From an uncultured virus (IMG/VR IMGVR_UViG_3300045240_000158) (taxonomy: Duplodnaviria > Heunggongvirae > Uroviricota > Caudoviricetes): DNA of 64,000 nucleotides. The stretch is taken from IMG/VR virus record IMGVR_UViG_3300045240_000158, one strand, 5' to 3'. The notes below the pieces were generated by a model. The model searched no databases. It was not told where the DNA came from and saw only the letters and a list, made by a program, of their open reading frames with translations. The position numbers and the translations under genes were made by a program. Shown here piece after piece: positions 29,187 to 41,884 of the stretch. Numbering within the stretch: position 1 is the stretch's first letter; the number at the start of each line of letters is the position of its first letter.

Positions 29187-30049
29187 CGTTCCTTCCTACG
29201 CTTCTTCACGGCCTCATGCGCGGCCTTCGCCTCCTCCTTGGAAGGCTTCCTCGGCCTTTCCTCCGGCCACTTCTGGAGGATCTCCAGCACGTCCTCGGAT
29301 CCGGCCAGGTAGCGCGGCGACAGCTCGATGTAGTGTGCGTCAGGGATCTTGAGCGCGAACAGCGAGTGGGACGCCACGATGAACTGGACCTGGTCGGCGT
29401 AGGCGCGCATGAAGCGCCAAACACCGACCTGCGCGTTCAGATCGTAGCTGCGCTCGGGCTCATCGAGCAAGATCGTCGGTTGGCCCTTGTCGGCGTTGGC
29501 CTTGAGGAACGAGCTCGCGAGCTTGACGCGTGCGGCCCAGACGCCGCTGTTGTGATCACGTGGGAACTTCCACGTCACCTCGGGGACCTCCCCGGCAACG
29601 ATCTCGGTGATCAGGCGATCGAACCGAAACAGCGTGGTCTGCCCGGCCGACCCCTTGAACATCGCGTTGGCAATGCCTTCATTTCCGAAGGCCCAGTCGA
29701 ACGCGGCGGCGCCACCTATGAGACCGACGGCGTGCCCGGGGTCGAAGTGCCGTACGCCCTGGCCGTCGTGCTTGACCGTCAGGCCCTTCTTGAGATCGAC
29801 GGGCTCGAAGCCTCCACCGGTCAGCTCGTGGAGAGACTCCTGGGTGACGATCGGCTGGTTGCCCTGCTCGCAGTGGAACAGCCGCGCGAGGACCTTGGTC
29901 AGCGACGTCTTGCCGGAGCCGTTTCGGCCCCACAGGATGTTGAGGCCGGGTTTGAACTCGAACGCACGGGGCTTGGCGAGCGCGTCGATACGCGCGAGCC
30001 ACGGGACGGGCGTCTTGGTTGGATCGAGAAGGTCGAGCTTGTAGATCAT
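29183..30049 (-). CDS. Soluble ABC/AAA-type ATPase
   Basis: Walker A GRNGSGKT, signature SAGQ, Walker B ILLDEPE, H-loop IVASH. Confidence 0.9.
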   Translation of the reverse strand: MIYKLDLLDPTKTPVPWLARIDALAKPRAFEFKPGLNILWGRNGSGKTSLTKVLARLFHCEQGNQPIVTQESLHELTGGGFEPVDLKKGLTVKHDGQGVRHFDPGHAVGLIGGAAAFDWAFGNEGIANAMFKGSAGQTTLFRFDRLITEIVAGEVPEVTWKFPRDHNSGVWAARVKLASSFLKANADKGQPTILLDEPERSYDLNAQVGVWRFMRAYADQVQFIVASHSLFALKIPDAHYIELSPRYLAGSEDVLEILQKWPEERPRKPSKEEAKAAHEAVKKRRKER

Positions 30050-30054
30050 GGAGG

Positions 30055-33000
30055 CTAGATCCAGGCGACGTCATGCATATACGCGGGCTGCCCGTCCGCG
30101 TTCCAGCGCACGTGTGTCCATGGCAGGCAGCGATCCTCGATGAGCTTGCGTGCACGAGTCGCGTCGCGCACGGTGCCGCGTCGAACCACGCGGATCGTCT
30201 TCTTCTCCGCGTTGCTTACGCTGTAGTAGACAACGTGCGGTCCGATCTTGCGAAGACGCTCCAGGCTGAGACCGCCCGGCCGCTCGAGCACGACGAAGCG
30301 CCGTCGCCCACGGAATAGGATGAGGTCACCGCTCGCGATCAGATCGACGCGCTTCACGGCGGAGGCTCCCCGAAGGTCCGCCACAGCGAAAACTTCGGGT
30401 CGCCGAAGGTTGCCGGAGAGGCCCCACGCAGTGCCCCCGCAGCGCGCAGCCGCAGGATCGCGGCATCCCGCGTATCGTTCGCGGCGACACGCGCGCGGTG
30501 CGCGGTCTGTCGATCGATCCGCTTCACGATCATGCTGATCGTCCCGACCCCCAGCCGGAACAGTTTCGCCACCTCGGAACGCGTCCGGATCTGACTCAGG
30601 AGCCAGATCATCTGGTCGCGGCGCGGGTCGACCGGTGTCGGATACGTCTCCGTGCGCCGTGCGAACAGGTCTGGGTCGACCTTGTCCGGTTTGGGCTTGC
30701 GGTTGCGCCACAGCTCCGCGCGCGTGATTTGCCCGTCGCGCTCGTACGCGTCGGCGAGCACCAGCGCGTAAGAGCGTCCCAACCGCGCACGAGCGCGGAG
30801 CGCCTCTTCCTCTTCGTACGTCACTGGACCTCCAGCTCCTCTGGATCGAAGAAGGCGATGACGTCGTCCTTGAACTTCACGCCGTAGCAGAGGCCGTGCG
30901 AGTCGTGGTACTCGCATACGACGCCGACGTCGCCGTCGTACAGGGAGCGTGCGGCGATCGCCTCGGCCGTGTAGTCATTCTTGCCCGAGCGTCGGACGGT
31001 GGCCTTGACGCGGGTGCCGTTCTTGATGGGTGGGTAGCTCTCGCTCACGTGTTCTCCTTCGCATGCTTCCGGCGCTCGATGATCGCGAGCCTCTCTGGTT
31101 CGTGTCGATCGCGGTCGTTAGGACGCCCGACCGTGTAGTAGTCGGTCACGACGTAGATCGGACAGCCGCGACGATCGACATGCCGGCGGTTCGCGTTGCT
31201 GCGCCCGACGACCGCGATCACGGCTTGGACGAGGAGGCAGAGCTTGTCCTTGCTCGTGGCGCGAATCGGCGACAGATCGAGTGCGTGCTTGCCACCGAGC
31301 ATGAGCTCGCGGGCTCCCAGGTCGACCAAGATCCTCCAGGCGCGCTCTTCGTGGATGTTCATGCTTCGGTCCTCTCGATTCCGAGCGCCCCGCGAAAACA
31401 AGCCAGATGCCACGGCCGGTAGGCATCGCCACTGAGCGCCGCGTCGAACGTAACGCCCGAGTGAATCATCGACACACCACAGTCGTCCGGCTCGATCGGT
31501 TTGCCGCACGCCAGACACCTATCACCGACAGGCGTCGCGATCCGCTCGATCTCGGGCGATCGAGGCTCCCATGTTCCGTTGGTGAAGAACTTCAGCATCG
31601 AGCGATCTCCTTTCAGTACGAGCAGTAGCCGACGGCCCAGAGGCCGAAACTGGACTCGTCCCACAGGCCGATCTCGGTGAGCTGGCGCCGCAGATCGTCG
31701 ACACGCGACGCGATCTCGAAGGGAGAGAGCGCCAGGCGCTTGTGATTCGCGTCGGAGTAGTTGAGGTCTCCTGCGTCGACAGCGATTCCGACGAACGACT
31801 TCTTGTTGTCCGTCGTATGAACAACGCGCAGCGTGCCGATGGTTCCGCAATCTTCGTCATAGCTCGCGATGGGCGTCTCGACTTCGACCGCCTTGTTCGG
31901 CTTTCCGCACGTCGAGCAGAACGCTCCGCTCGGCTGATGCGCGCACGAGGGTTGTTTGGTGATCGTGTGCAGCTTGCCCGTCACTTCGACGCCGATCACG
32001 GCGTATGCGTAGTAGCTCGCTCCCATGGCCGTCTCACTCCTGGTTGGTTGCCTACATCCCGTACGCGTAGTCGTTCGGACCGCCGATCGAGTTGTCGTAC
32101 GGGTCATGCGCCTGCGTCGACGTCGGCGGAGCCTTACGTAGGCAGGGAGCCTCGATCGGAACACGGTCGCTACGTGTGCGTCGCCCCGGGCCGGAGTGGG
32201 ATCTTGCTCTCTGCGAATTTCTGGAGGTCTTCATGCTTCTTCCTTTTCCTTTGCTTATGACTTCGTTCCGCGCCCTCGCTCTTCGCGGATCAGCGGGCAG
32301 CGTCCCCGGTACCACGTCTCTCTGCCGGTGTTGCCACTTATGGTGAACATGCGGGTGTAAAGGACTTCGGGGTCCAATGCCAGATCGATGGGGCGCTCTC
32401 GCCAGTGGTCGTTGAAGTCGTTGCGGCTCGTGCCGACGACTTTCCGTGCCTGGTCCTTGGTGGACGCGATCACGAGCCCCTCGCGAGAGCCGTCGAGATT
32501 TCCGACCCACATCTTTAGCTTGCGTGTCGGAGCGGTGGGAAGTGGCAGCATCAGCTCGTTGGCGTCGTAGACGGTGCCATGCTCCCTGGCCATCGCCTCG
32601 CGGACCTTTGAAATCGATCCGGCGGCACTGACGTCGGCACTCCAGGTCGTCACGAGGATCGTTTGCGGCGCGTGGCGGGGGTGCGTGGTCGGGTAGAGTG
32701 GACTCATGCAGATCGTCATCAAGGCCGCGCCGTGCAGGGTGAGGTGCGGACGGATCACGCTCGAGCTGAGAGCAGGTCGGATGACCTGCTCCACGTGCTG
32801 CTCAGCTTCCACAATCGGGAGCGTCGGATGATCGATCTGCAAGCAGCAGAGCATCAGCTCCAGGAAGGTCTCCGCTGCCCAGGTTGCCGTGGCCGCGAAG
32901 CCCTTGTCTACCCGCGCCACCAGGACAATCGCGTTGCCGCGCGCGGCGGCGAACGCCGCGACGGTTCGGAGGAGGGCCGCTCGATCGGCACGCGGGTTCG

Positions 33001-33698
33001 CTGACACCGCGGCCAGCTCCAGCGGGCATGTCTTGGCGAACGGACAGACGTTGCTACCTTCTTGGAAGTACCTTGCGATGGCTGTCGTCCTGGTCATCGC
33101 AAGCTCCTTCGTAGGTCCCTGGCAAGCTGCACATACGCGGGCAGCTTGCGTCCTTTCCAGTTGGTCATGATGTCGTCGATCGCGTTCGCGCCGCGCGCGG
33201 TCTCGATGTAGCGTCCGTCCTCGTCGTAGCGCCCGTCCTCGTCGTAGCGCACCACGTGCACGGCCCTGTTGTTCCGGCCGAACTGCGTCGCGGTGGCGTC
33301 GACGATCATCGTTCCGACGAGACACCAGGCATGCCGGTGGGGGTAACGTCCGCGCTTGCCGAGGAAGGTCGTACGTTTCATGTAGAACCCGGTGCGAAGC
33401 ACCTGCGGTTTGTCGAGGGCGGTGGCTACGAGCATCGCGGCGAGGCCGCACTGGCCGGTGAGGTCGCGGGGCGTAGCGCTTTCGCGCAGCAAGTCCGCGC
33501 GGACGTCGCGCGCGATCGTGGTGGCATGATCGACGATCGTCATCGGGACCTCTTCCGCGTGGCGATCTCGACCTCGGCCGCGAGCTCATCTGCAAGTTGA
33601 GCGGCACGCGCGAAGGCCGGATCGAGGCGCAGGTCGAACAGGCCCGCAACGACGTTGTTGACGTCTACCTGGAGGTCGTGGACCGATCGCCGTTTCAC
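30055..33698 (-). other. Chain of small hypothetical CDS (30055-30357, 30354-30824 HTH-like, 30821-31048, 31045-31362, 31359-31598, 31613-32026, 32052-32234, 32255-33097, 33094-33543, 33540-33698)
   Basis: Mostly ATGA/GTGA overlaps on the minus strand; no family motifs recognised. Confidence 0.6.
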
Positions 33699-34666
33699 GG
33701 ACGCACCTCGTAGTCCGCCACGACCACTCCTTCTTCCTCTGACCCGGCGAGCGTCGGCCCCCAGTACCAGATGCCCTTGTAGCGTCCGAACAGGCCCCCG
33801 CCCTTGCGGTAGTCCTTCATGTGGCCGCGCTTCTTGTGGCGGCGTGGCGTGACGCCGTCGCCGGGCAGGCTCTCGGCAGCGACCTGTCGCGGCGTCTTGT
33901 CGAGGTCGACGCGGACCGTGTGGTACGAGACCAGTGGACGCCTGCCACTCTTCTTGCGCGCCTTCTGAAACGCCTCAGGAGCGTGGTGCTCGACGGTGTC
34001 GATGTTGGCGCAGTTCATCATCGCGAGCGTCGTCCAGGCGACGAGCGATGCGGCGCCGACCTGCATCGACTCTTCCTCGGTGATGACCGACGCATGACTC
34101 ATCCAGAACTTCAGCAGCGCACCGTCCTCGGCCACCGACATCACGCCGACGTGGTAAGGGCCGCGTAGGCCGGAGATGTGCTCGCCATCGTTCTTGTGGG
34201 CGAACTCCATGAAGTCGAGCGTCAGGTAGATCCAGCGGCAGCGAGGGTCCTGACGGAACTCGGCGATCTTGGCAGGCGTGGCGTGACCGCCGTCGCCGAA
34301 GAAGGCGCGAGCCTGGTTGTCCGCGAAGTCGGGAGCGCAGGCCATGAACAGCATGCCCATGCGCTTCGTCGTCGGGATCCGTGGCTGGTCCCACTCGATG
34401 AAGAACTTGCGGTGCGGCGGCACGAGGCACTTGAGGTCGGCCCAGAACGCCTCTGCGTCACCCGTGACGCCGTAGCTGTCGTCGAAGAAGCGCGCGACGT
34501 TCGTCGCCTCGATACAGGTCGCTCCGCCCAGGACGGACTTGAGCACGGCGTCGTGGTCGAACACCAGACCCTCGTGGAGCGCGACGTCGGCGGCCGGCAG
34601 CGGCGGCAGGACGACGTCAGACAGGAGCGCGTCGAGCAGGTGCGCTCGGACAGGATGCTTGCTCAT
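33695..34666 (-). CDS. Phage protein with C-terminal PRxHxxRGH motif
   Basis: TPRRHKKRGH..WYWGP, a basic motif common in phage hypothetical proteins. Confidence 0.75.
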   Translation of the reverse strand: MSKHPVRAHLLDALLSDVVLPPLPAADVALHEGLVFDHDAVLKSVLGGATCIEATNVARFFDDSYGVTGDAEAFWADLKCLVPPHRKFFIEWDQPRIPTTKRMGMLFMACAPDFADNQARAFFGDGGHATPAKIAEFRQDPRCRWIYLTLDFMEFAHKNDGEHISGLRGPYHVGVMSVAEDGALLKFWMSHASVITEEESMQVGAASLVAWTTLAMMNCANIDTVEHHAPEAFQKARKKSGRRPLVSYHTVRVDLDKTPRQVAAESLPGDGVTPRRHKKRGHMKDYRKGGGLFGRYKGIWYWGPTLAGSEEEGVVVADYEVRP

Positions 34667-36435
34667 GACGCCAGCCCCCTCTTCCGGCGCTGCTGGGCGT
34701 TCAGGTAGTCGTAGATCGAGATCCCGAGCATGCGCAGCAGGTGGGAGCGGTACTCGTTCCGCACCTCCTTTTGGCCGCTGGCGGATTCCGTCCAGCCGCA
34801 GGGACAGACACCTGTCGAAGAGGCCTCGGTGCCGCGCTCGCCTGACCACTCCATCCGCAGGGCGTGGCCCTTGACGCGTAGTGGATGTGGAATGCGGACC
34901 TTGCTCATGCCGGCACCTCTTGTTGGGGCTTGCGTTGAAGCCACCAGCTCCACTCCTCGTGCTGCTTACCGTCCTCTGTCGTCCACTCCTCGTGCTCGGG
35001 AGGCCCCAGCAGCTCCCAGCCATCGGCGAGCATCTCCAAGATGGAGGTGTAGAAGGGGATGTCCTTCGGCGAAGGCGTGTAGCCGATGAAGATCTTGCCG
35101 TTACTCGACGGCGACGATCGGCGTACGAGAAGCGCGGAATCCTCGAACGACCAGCCGTTGATCTCGCTCCGTACGGTCGGACGATCTGTCGCGACGCTGG
35201 CTACTTGCATCGGACAGGCTCCTTTCGTTCGCCGACCAAGAGCTTCGCGAGACACTCGAAGCAGACCCACAGGCCGCCGCCGAGGTAGTGGACGCGTTGT
35301 TCGCGCGGAGCGTGACCACAGAGCGTCGCTCCTGGGTCGAACGTGTCGTCTGCCGCTTTGCTGCTCACGAGGTCCTCGTGCGCAGGGCGCGCGTGAGCCT
35401 GGAAGCTAGGCGCGCCGTGTTGTAGCGCGACTTCCGATGGGGCAGGCACGCTGGTCGCGAGGTGATACCCGTCCGGCGCGAGATGCAGTCGATCGCGCGG
35501 CGCTGGTAGGGGGCCCACGCCACCAGCGTGAGCGCTGCAACCGCAACGGGGGTCGCATCTGCACTCGTCATGTGAGCCTCTCCGCCGATCCGGGCAGCTC
35601 CATGCACACGAGGCGCTGGCGCTCGATGGCATCCATAGTTGTGTTGATCCACCCACGGATTGCGATGATCAGCACGTGGTCGTTGGTGTGATGGTGGAGT
35701 TGCTCCGCAACCTTGGCGGTGATGTTGAGATCTTTGAAGCTCACCGGGTAGGTACTCGGCCACTCGCCGTCATAGGCGGTGTTGTAGAGCGCGTTGACCA
35801 CGCCGCGTTCGCCGATCTCGCGGCACTTGTAGTCGTAGTGATGCTTGGAAGCTTCTTTGAGCAGCCTGGCCCACGCCAGTGGGATCGAGACGGCCAGCTT
35901 GACCTCGTACTCGAAGCCGCGATGCTGCGGCTTGGCAGCGCTCACGAGGCGTCACCCCGCGGCTTCTCCCACGTCAGCTCTCCGGGCCGGCAGTCGCTGT
36001 ACGAGTCCCGGCCGTCCGACACGTAGAGGCCGCACGCGGCGGCGAAGGCGTTCGCGTCGAGCTGGAGCGCGACGCACACCGCGTTCGCGGTCTCGGCGAT
36101 AGCGCAGCGGTACTCGATCTCACGCTCGCGCCAGACGTAGTCGTAGTCGTTGAGACGGGGGTCGCTGAACTTGCCGACCTGACCACGGAGGGCCTTGGCG
36201 AGTCGCTCGATGTCGTGTTGCTGCATGCTTCTCTCTAGACGCACTTTCGCGGCCGGATCTGACGACGTCATGCCAGGTCCTTCGTGAGCAGCTGCTCGAT
36301 CTCGTCGCGCCGCTCGATATCGGCGATGAAGTAGATCAGGCGCGAATATCCCTGCTCGCGTAATCGGCGCTTGATCGCGGCGAGTTCCTGCACGAGCGCC
36401 CGGCGCTGGTCGGCCGCCTCTTCCTTCGACTTCAC
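34663..36435 (-). other. Chain of small hypothetical CDS (incl. 34663-34908, 34905-35210, 35568-35945, 35942-36271, 36268-36435)
   Basis: Overlapping start/stop chain. Confidence 0.55.
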
Positions 36436-37079
36436 GAGTACATCTCCTCGGAGACGATCTCGGCGTCGATCACGGTGTCCGAAGCGTCGACAGTCGGGCT
36501 CCAGCGCGGGACCTTGACCAGGCCGGGTGTGCGGGCAGGCTGCGACTGCGACGGCTGCGGCGCGGGAACTCGGGGCGCAGGCGCGGTCGTATGGCTCGTG
36601 CGGCTTCGCGCGCGGGTCGCGGCGCGGCGGGCGTCCGCCTCGCGGCGGCGGCACGTGGCGTCGCGCGCGAGCGCGATCGTCGCCCCGTTGCCGAGCGCGT
36701 TGATGAGGATCAGGACCACGAGCGCCACTGCGCTCGTGGCACCGTGCGACACCAGCATCACGCCCTCCAGGGCGAGCGTGAAGCCGATCGCCTTGCGCGT
36801 GTCGCCGAACGTCGCGTGCCCGAACTTGTAGACGGAGAGCCCAGAGAAGCACGCGCAGCCCAGCACGACCGCGATCATGACCATGGCGAGCCCGTGGTTA
36901 CCACCCGACCAGGTCGCCGGGATCTCCTCGTGCGCCAGCGTGCGGGCGAACCATGGGACCAGTCCACCGACCGCCGCGCCGATCAGGGTCGCCTGCGGGC
37001 GGCGGATCGCGCACTCCAGCTGCGAGACGATGTCCGTCGTGGTCGAGCGGTCAGCTTCGCGGCGAGATCGCTTGGGCAT
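36432..37079 (-). CDS. Multi-pass membrane protein
   Basis: About four hydrophobic segments followed by a basic/Pro-rich tail. Confidence 0.75.
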   Translation of the reverse strand: MPKRSRREADRSTTTDIVSQLECAIRRPQATLIGAAVGGLVPWFARTLAHEEIPATWSGGNHGLAMVMIAVVLGCACFSGLSVYKFGHATFGDTRKAIGFTLALEGVMLVSHGATSAVALVVLILINALGNGATIALARDATCRRREADARRAATRARSRTSHTTAPAPRVPAPQPSQSQPARTPGLVKVPRWSPTVDASDTVIDAEIVSEEMYS

Positions 37080-37143
37080 GCCCGGATGTAGAGCAGCTCG
37101 CGTGCCGGCTGACGCATCGGGCAAGTGCGCGATGGACAAGCGT

Positions 37144-37213
37144 GGGTAGGGATTGACCCAGTGCCCAGCGCACCCGAGCTCGTGGTGCTCGAGATACGGG
37201 TAGCCGCGTACCC
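37144..37213. promoter_or_regulatory. Paired GGGTA-N6-TACCC boxes (54 bp apart)
   Basis: GGGTA-GGGATT-GACCC at 37144 and GGGTA-GCCGCG-TACCC at 37198. Confidence 0.65.
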
Positions 37214-37395
37214 AGATCACAGGTGATCCCACGCGCGGAAGTCTGGAGCGGCGCTGCGTTTGGTGGGGAGGTTGCCTCGCCGGACAGGGCGGCGCTTGAG
37301 GTAGTGCCACCGCCCGCAGAGTCGGCAGAGCCAAGCGCCGGGCGAGCAGCGCCCGTCACGCTTCAGGCCTGGACAGGGGACGCGCGTGCGTAGGC

Positions 37396-40300
37396 TCATG
37401 AGTTCTGCTTGGAAGAGTCGTCGAGGAGAAGCTGCTCGACGGTCATGTCGTCGATGCTCTGCACGGGCGCTGCCTCGATAGCGCGCATCACGCGCCAGCC
37501 GACGTAGCGGCTGGTCGTCTTCCAGCGAAAGATGACCTCACGGTAGCTGTAGCTCTCACCGTTCTCGTCTTCCGTCGTGCCGTCGTAGTAGCTGCGATAC
37601 GCGATACCAACGCGCGTCTCTGCGCCGAACCATTGAGCGATGCGGCCAGGAATGAGCGTGACCTCGCACGTCTTCTTGTCGATCCATCGGATGCGTACAC
37701 GCATGTGTCACGTGACCTCGGTGTTAGGACGTCGAACAGGATGAAGATCAGCGCGACGTCTCGATCGCGTCCCAGACGTCCGCCTGGAATGCATGAAAGG
37801 CCGCGACTTCAGAGCGCGGAGCCTGGTGGCCGGCGCTTTTCTCGTAAGCGTCGGCGTGCGTGGTCACCGCGAGTAGCACGACGGGATCAATGTCAGGTAG
37901 GTACTCGTCCAGGAACACGTCGATCCAGTGCTCGCGTTGAGCGTCAAGAGCGGCGACTGCGCGCTCGTTGTGGACGAAGCCTTTGGGCGCGTCATGGTCG
38001 CTATTGGGAGCCCACACGGGGAACTTGCAGGGCGTCCCTGCGGGGCGTTCGCATTTCGGGCAGGAGACGTTATCGCTGGCAACCGCTTCGTGACCGACAT
38101 TCTCGTCGGCATAGCGAAGGGCCTTGCGCGCAAGTCGATCGCAGATCTGTTGGTACTCCTCGATCGTCACGAGACCGCCTCCCACATCCGTGCGGGCAGG
38201 GCGCAGTCACAGGAATCCAGCCGCTCCTCGCACGTCGCGCAGTAGTAGCCGCCGTCGAGGATCACGCAGATCTTCTTCGGTGGATTCTTGCGCAGACGCA
38301 CGCCTGGAACTTTCGTCCCGCAGAACGGGCAGAAGGAGACGTGCGCGCTGCCCTGATCCGCATGCTCTCGGCGGGTCACGAAGGTCTTCACGTGCATCGT
38401 CCAGAGCGGCGGCGTCTCGCGCATCTTCTGGAGGAAGTCCTCGGAGCTGTCGTACTCGCGGCAGAGCCATTCGTGCCGAAGTCCGATGAACTTGCCACCC
38501 TGCTCGCAGCATGTGAGCCGCCCGATCATCGCGCGTCCTTCCGGCGAAATCCGCGACTGACGTACCCCGTGGGCTGCGGCGTCACCGAGTGCAGGATGGT
38601 TCCGAAGCCACGGAGCGCGTCGCCGCGCACGATCTCCCATGCGTGGGCTTGATCGCGCACACCAGTCACGTCACGCAGAAAACGCTGGCCCGTCGGCTTG
38701 CCGGCGTCGGTGCCCCAGACCTCGTGCGGGACACCCGGCGCGAGCGGAAGATCGTTGGGCCAGCACTCCGTCGGCCACGTGTGCTCGTACTCGAGCGTGA
38801 AGATCCGGCTCATTGTGCAGTGTCCTTCCAGGGCCAGCGCCCCATCGCGATCGACCAGTGTGGTGGCGGGAAGCGATCGTTGGGCGGCTTCTCGCTGTCG
38901 CACGCGTCGTTGAAGCGCCACTTGCCGATGCCCGGTGACCACGCTTCTTCGATCAGAGCCACTGCCGCGTCTTCGCTGTCGGCGCGGACGAGGGCGACGA
39001 CCGTGCAGTAGCCGTCGCCGGAGCCCGTCCCCCAGAAGGCCAAGACCTCGGCGGGCGGCGGCCAGGCGACGGGACGATTGTCGGGCTCGTGCTCGGCGTC
39101 GCCGTGCTGGTTCCAGGAGATCCAGCGTAGGTTGTTCGTCTTCGTCGTCATGATGCGAGGATCTGCGCGGCGAGGTACGCGACGGTGAACTGCGTGTAGA
39201 TACTCTTGCGATCGTGCTCGGGCAGGTGAACGAGGCACCAGGTGTGCCACGCACCGTCCGGATCACAGATGCCCCTGGCCGCGTCGCGCTTCGCGAGAGC
39301 ATCGGCCGCGGTGAGGGTCTCGGGAAGCGAGGCGGTTTTGAACGTCCAGGGAGCGGTTGGAGGTACGCTCATTGCGGCACTTCTCCTGCGATCTGCGAGT
39401 CGACCTCGGCGAGCTTCTGGCGCCAGCTGTCGACTTCCGTGACGGCCTCGTCGATCTTCCCCTCGATGAGCACGCGGAGGCGCTTGAGTGCCTCCTCGCG
39501 CGTGGCGCAGATCGCCGGGCTGCTGCGATCCCAGTTGCCGTGGTTGGTGCTGATCTGCTTGGGACCGGCCTTGAGGATCTTCGCCTTCTCGACGGCTGGC
39601 CACTTGCCGAAGCGCATGAAGGCAAGCCAGATCATATCTCCGACCTTGAGGTTCATCGCGGCACCGCTTTGTCGATCGCGTACTTCGCGACGTTGATGAG
39701 GCGCCGGATCGTGTCCGCGTCGCGATCGGCGACGGTCCACTCGACCTTGCCCTCGAAGCTGCCGCGTTGGATCAGCTCCTGTGCGTTCGACAGCGTGCCC
39801 ATCGCGTACATCGCGACGTCGCGCGGCGACATGCCTTCTAGGGCCTCGTCGATCGCGGCGGCGGTGCAACCAAACATCTGGCGCTCGCGATCTTCCTTCA
39901 TAACGCCACCTTTGCCTTCGTGGCCATCGCGTCGCGCCAGCCGATGATGGCGCACGACACCTCGTCAAGCGACTGGTCGAACGGGAACTTCTCGCAGAGG
40001 AGCGCGTTGACCGCGGCGTCCGACGCCAGCTCGCAGATCTCGTCCATGAGCTGCGCGATCTGGAGCGCCTTGAAGACGACCGCCTGTGCCTTTGCCTTGT
40101 CGGTGATCATGACCTATGCCTCCATCCCGAAGAGCCGGTCGACGATCTGGCTCGCGATCGGATGTGCCATGTTGACGCCGTTGCCCGCGAGCACGTCGCG
40201 CACGGCCTGCTCGCGCTCTTCGTGGAGCTTCTGGGCCGCCTCTCGGCAGGCTTGTGCGTCGTCGCACGCCCGTTTCCACTTGAGCAGGTTGGAAAAGAAG

Positions 40301-40793
40301 CCGATCACGCCGATCGCGACCGCCTCGTTGATCGCCTGCACCGCGTCGCTGAGTGTCAGGTAGTAGTGGCCCATCGTGTAGTGGTGGAACGTCGTGCCGC
40401 TCGGGTCGGTCACTCGCCATTCGTGGTGAGCCTGGTAGCCCTTCTTGTAGCGATGCGCGATCGTCCACTTCCCGTCGGGCAGTCCGTCGGGACCCTTCGA
40501 CACGTAGGTGTCGCTGGTGGTCTTCACGAAGCCGATCGGCGCGCCGCCGACGGAAGAGCCGTGACGATCGCGGAGCGAGCTGTACCCGCCACGTCGTCCG
40601 TGACTCACTTGGACGCTCCCTCGTGCGCGAGCACGACCTCGGCGCACGCGTCGTTGAACGACTGCGTGCAACGCGGGATCGGGAAAGCATCCGGGTTCGC
40701 AGCGCGCAGGCGGTCGAATGCCCGTGCCGGGGACTCGCCCGAGGCGCAGACGTAGCCGATCGCGTCGAGGAAGCGGCTCTTGAGGTTCGTCAT
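37396..40793 (-). other. Chain of small hypothetical CDS (37396-37704, 37748-38170, 38167-38529, 38526-38813, 38810-39151, 39148-39372, 39369-39656, 39653-39901, 39898-40110, 40114-40608, 40605-40793)
   Basis: Overlapping start/stop chain. Confidence 0.6.
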
Positions 40794-40813
40794 CGTCACG
40801 GTTCTAGGTAGGA

Positions 40814-40938
40814 GCAGCTCGTGTGCCGATAGCAGAGTGAGTGCAAGTGATGGAAGAGGCAAGGCCGGGCTTTCGCCCACCCGGGGTGTGTGGATACAGA
40901 ATCGCTGCGCTCGAGACACGGGTAGCAGGCTACCCAGG
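40814..40938. repeat. Intergenic repeat copy 1 with paired boxes (40867, 40920)
   Basis: AGCAGCTCGTGTGCCGATAGCAGAGTGAGTGCAA..GATGGAAGAGGCAAG..CTCGAGACACGGGTAG, also found near 49816-49930. Confidence 0.85.
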
Positions 40939-41739
40939 CAGTGCCTCCGCCTCCACCACGCGAACGTTCCGTAGAGGCCGTATGTTCAGATAGCTCAGTA
41001 AGCCTGCCCAGGAAGCGAGGGTGTACCAGTCGCTCACATAGTTATCATATCGACAAGCACTCGCGTAGTTCACGCTGTCAGGAGGCCGAATGATTCGATA
41101 CTGGATTGGATGCCAACCGTACGGTCGGACATAGTTGAAGACTTCGCAGTCGAACGTGACGTCATATGGGCCAGGTGCTGGTTCCGGCCACGTTAACGAC
41201 GTCGGAGAAGGCACCCACGAGCCTACATTCATTCTCAGCGACAGCCCGTGTTTTGCCAACGACCGCTGGATGCCCTGAAGGGTCGTTTTGCCGAGGTTGG
41301 ACATTGCCAGGAGCCTTGCCGGTGACTGTCTGACCAGATCACCAACGAACAAAATTTTGTTGTCCTGGAACGGGGACCTCGCCCGCGTCGGCACGCCGAC
41401 ATCGAACACCACCTGGTCGAAGAGGCTGTTCAAGTAGGTGGTCGACGACCAGTAGCCGATCGGCGCCGCCTCCGTCGGCCGCGCGTAGGTCCAGACGCGC
41501 TGGGCGTCGACGATCGGTAGCGGTCTCCGTGCAGTCTTCGACAGCCAAACACGGCCGCCATTCTCGCAAGTCGTTGCCCACGTCCTGTTCAGGACGAGCG
41601 CCTGAGTCACGTCACGATCCCAAGCCACCAGAGCATCCTCACCCCCGATCCGCTGGAGAGCCTCAACAAGAGAGGTCTCCGTCCACGCGACGCCTCGGCG
41701 AGGCTTCAGCGGATTGAAGTCGTGCATGAACCAAATCAT
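40930..41739 (-). CDS. Protein with internal RNA polymerase alphaCTD-like domain
   Basis: VPTRARSPFQDNKILFVGDLVRQSPARLLAMSNLGKTTLQGIQRSLAKHGLSL. Confidence 0.7.
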   Translation of the reverse strand: MIWFMHDFNPLKPRRGVAWTETSLVEALQRIGGEDALVAWDRDVTQALVLNRTWATTCENGGRVWLSKTARRPLPIVDAQRVWTYARPTEAAPIGYWSSTTYLNSLFDQVVFDVGVPTRARSPFQDNKILFVGDLVRQSPARLLAMSNLGKTTLQGIQRSLAKHGLSLRMNVGSWVPSPTSLTWPEPAPGPYDVTFDCEVFNYVRPYGWHPIQYRIIRPPDSVNYASACRYDNYVSDWYTLASWAGLLSYLNIRPLRNVRVVEAEALPG

Positions 41740-41884
41740 GTGGCCCACCTCGATGGACGGCCGAGAATTCGCGCGATGATCACCAGCACCCGCCCCCAAC
41801 AGCTCACGCAGAGCACGCCGTACGTGCCTGGACGCAGCTCGGCAGGGCGTGCGCAAGCGTGACACGGCTCCGGTCCCAGCACGT

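Noticed and set aside
33540..33698. RAAQLADELAAEVEIA as another tag copy (also RKLDADLID near 7460)
   Set aside because: Register and key residues do not match well enough, so not counted
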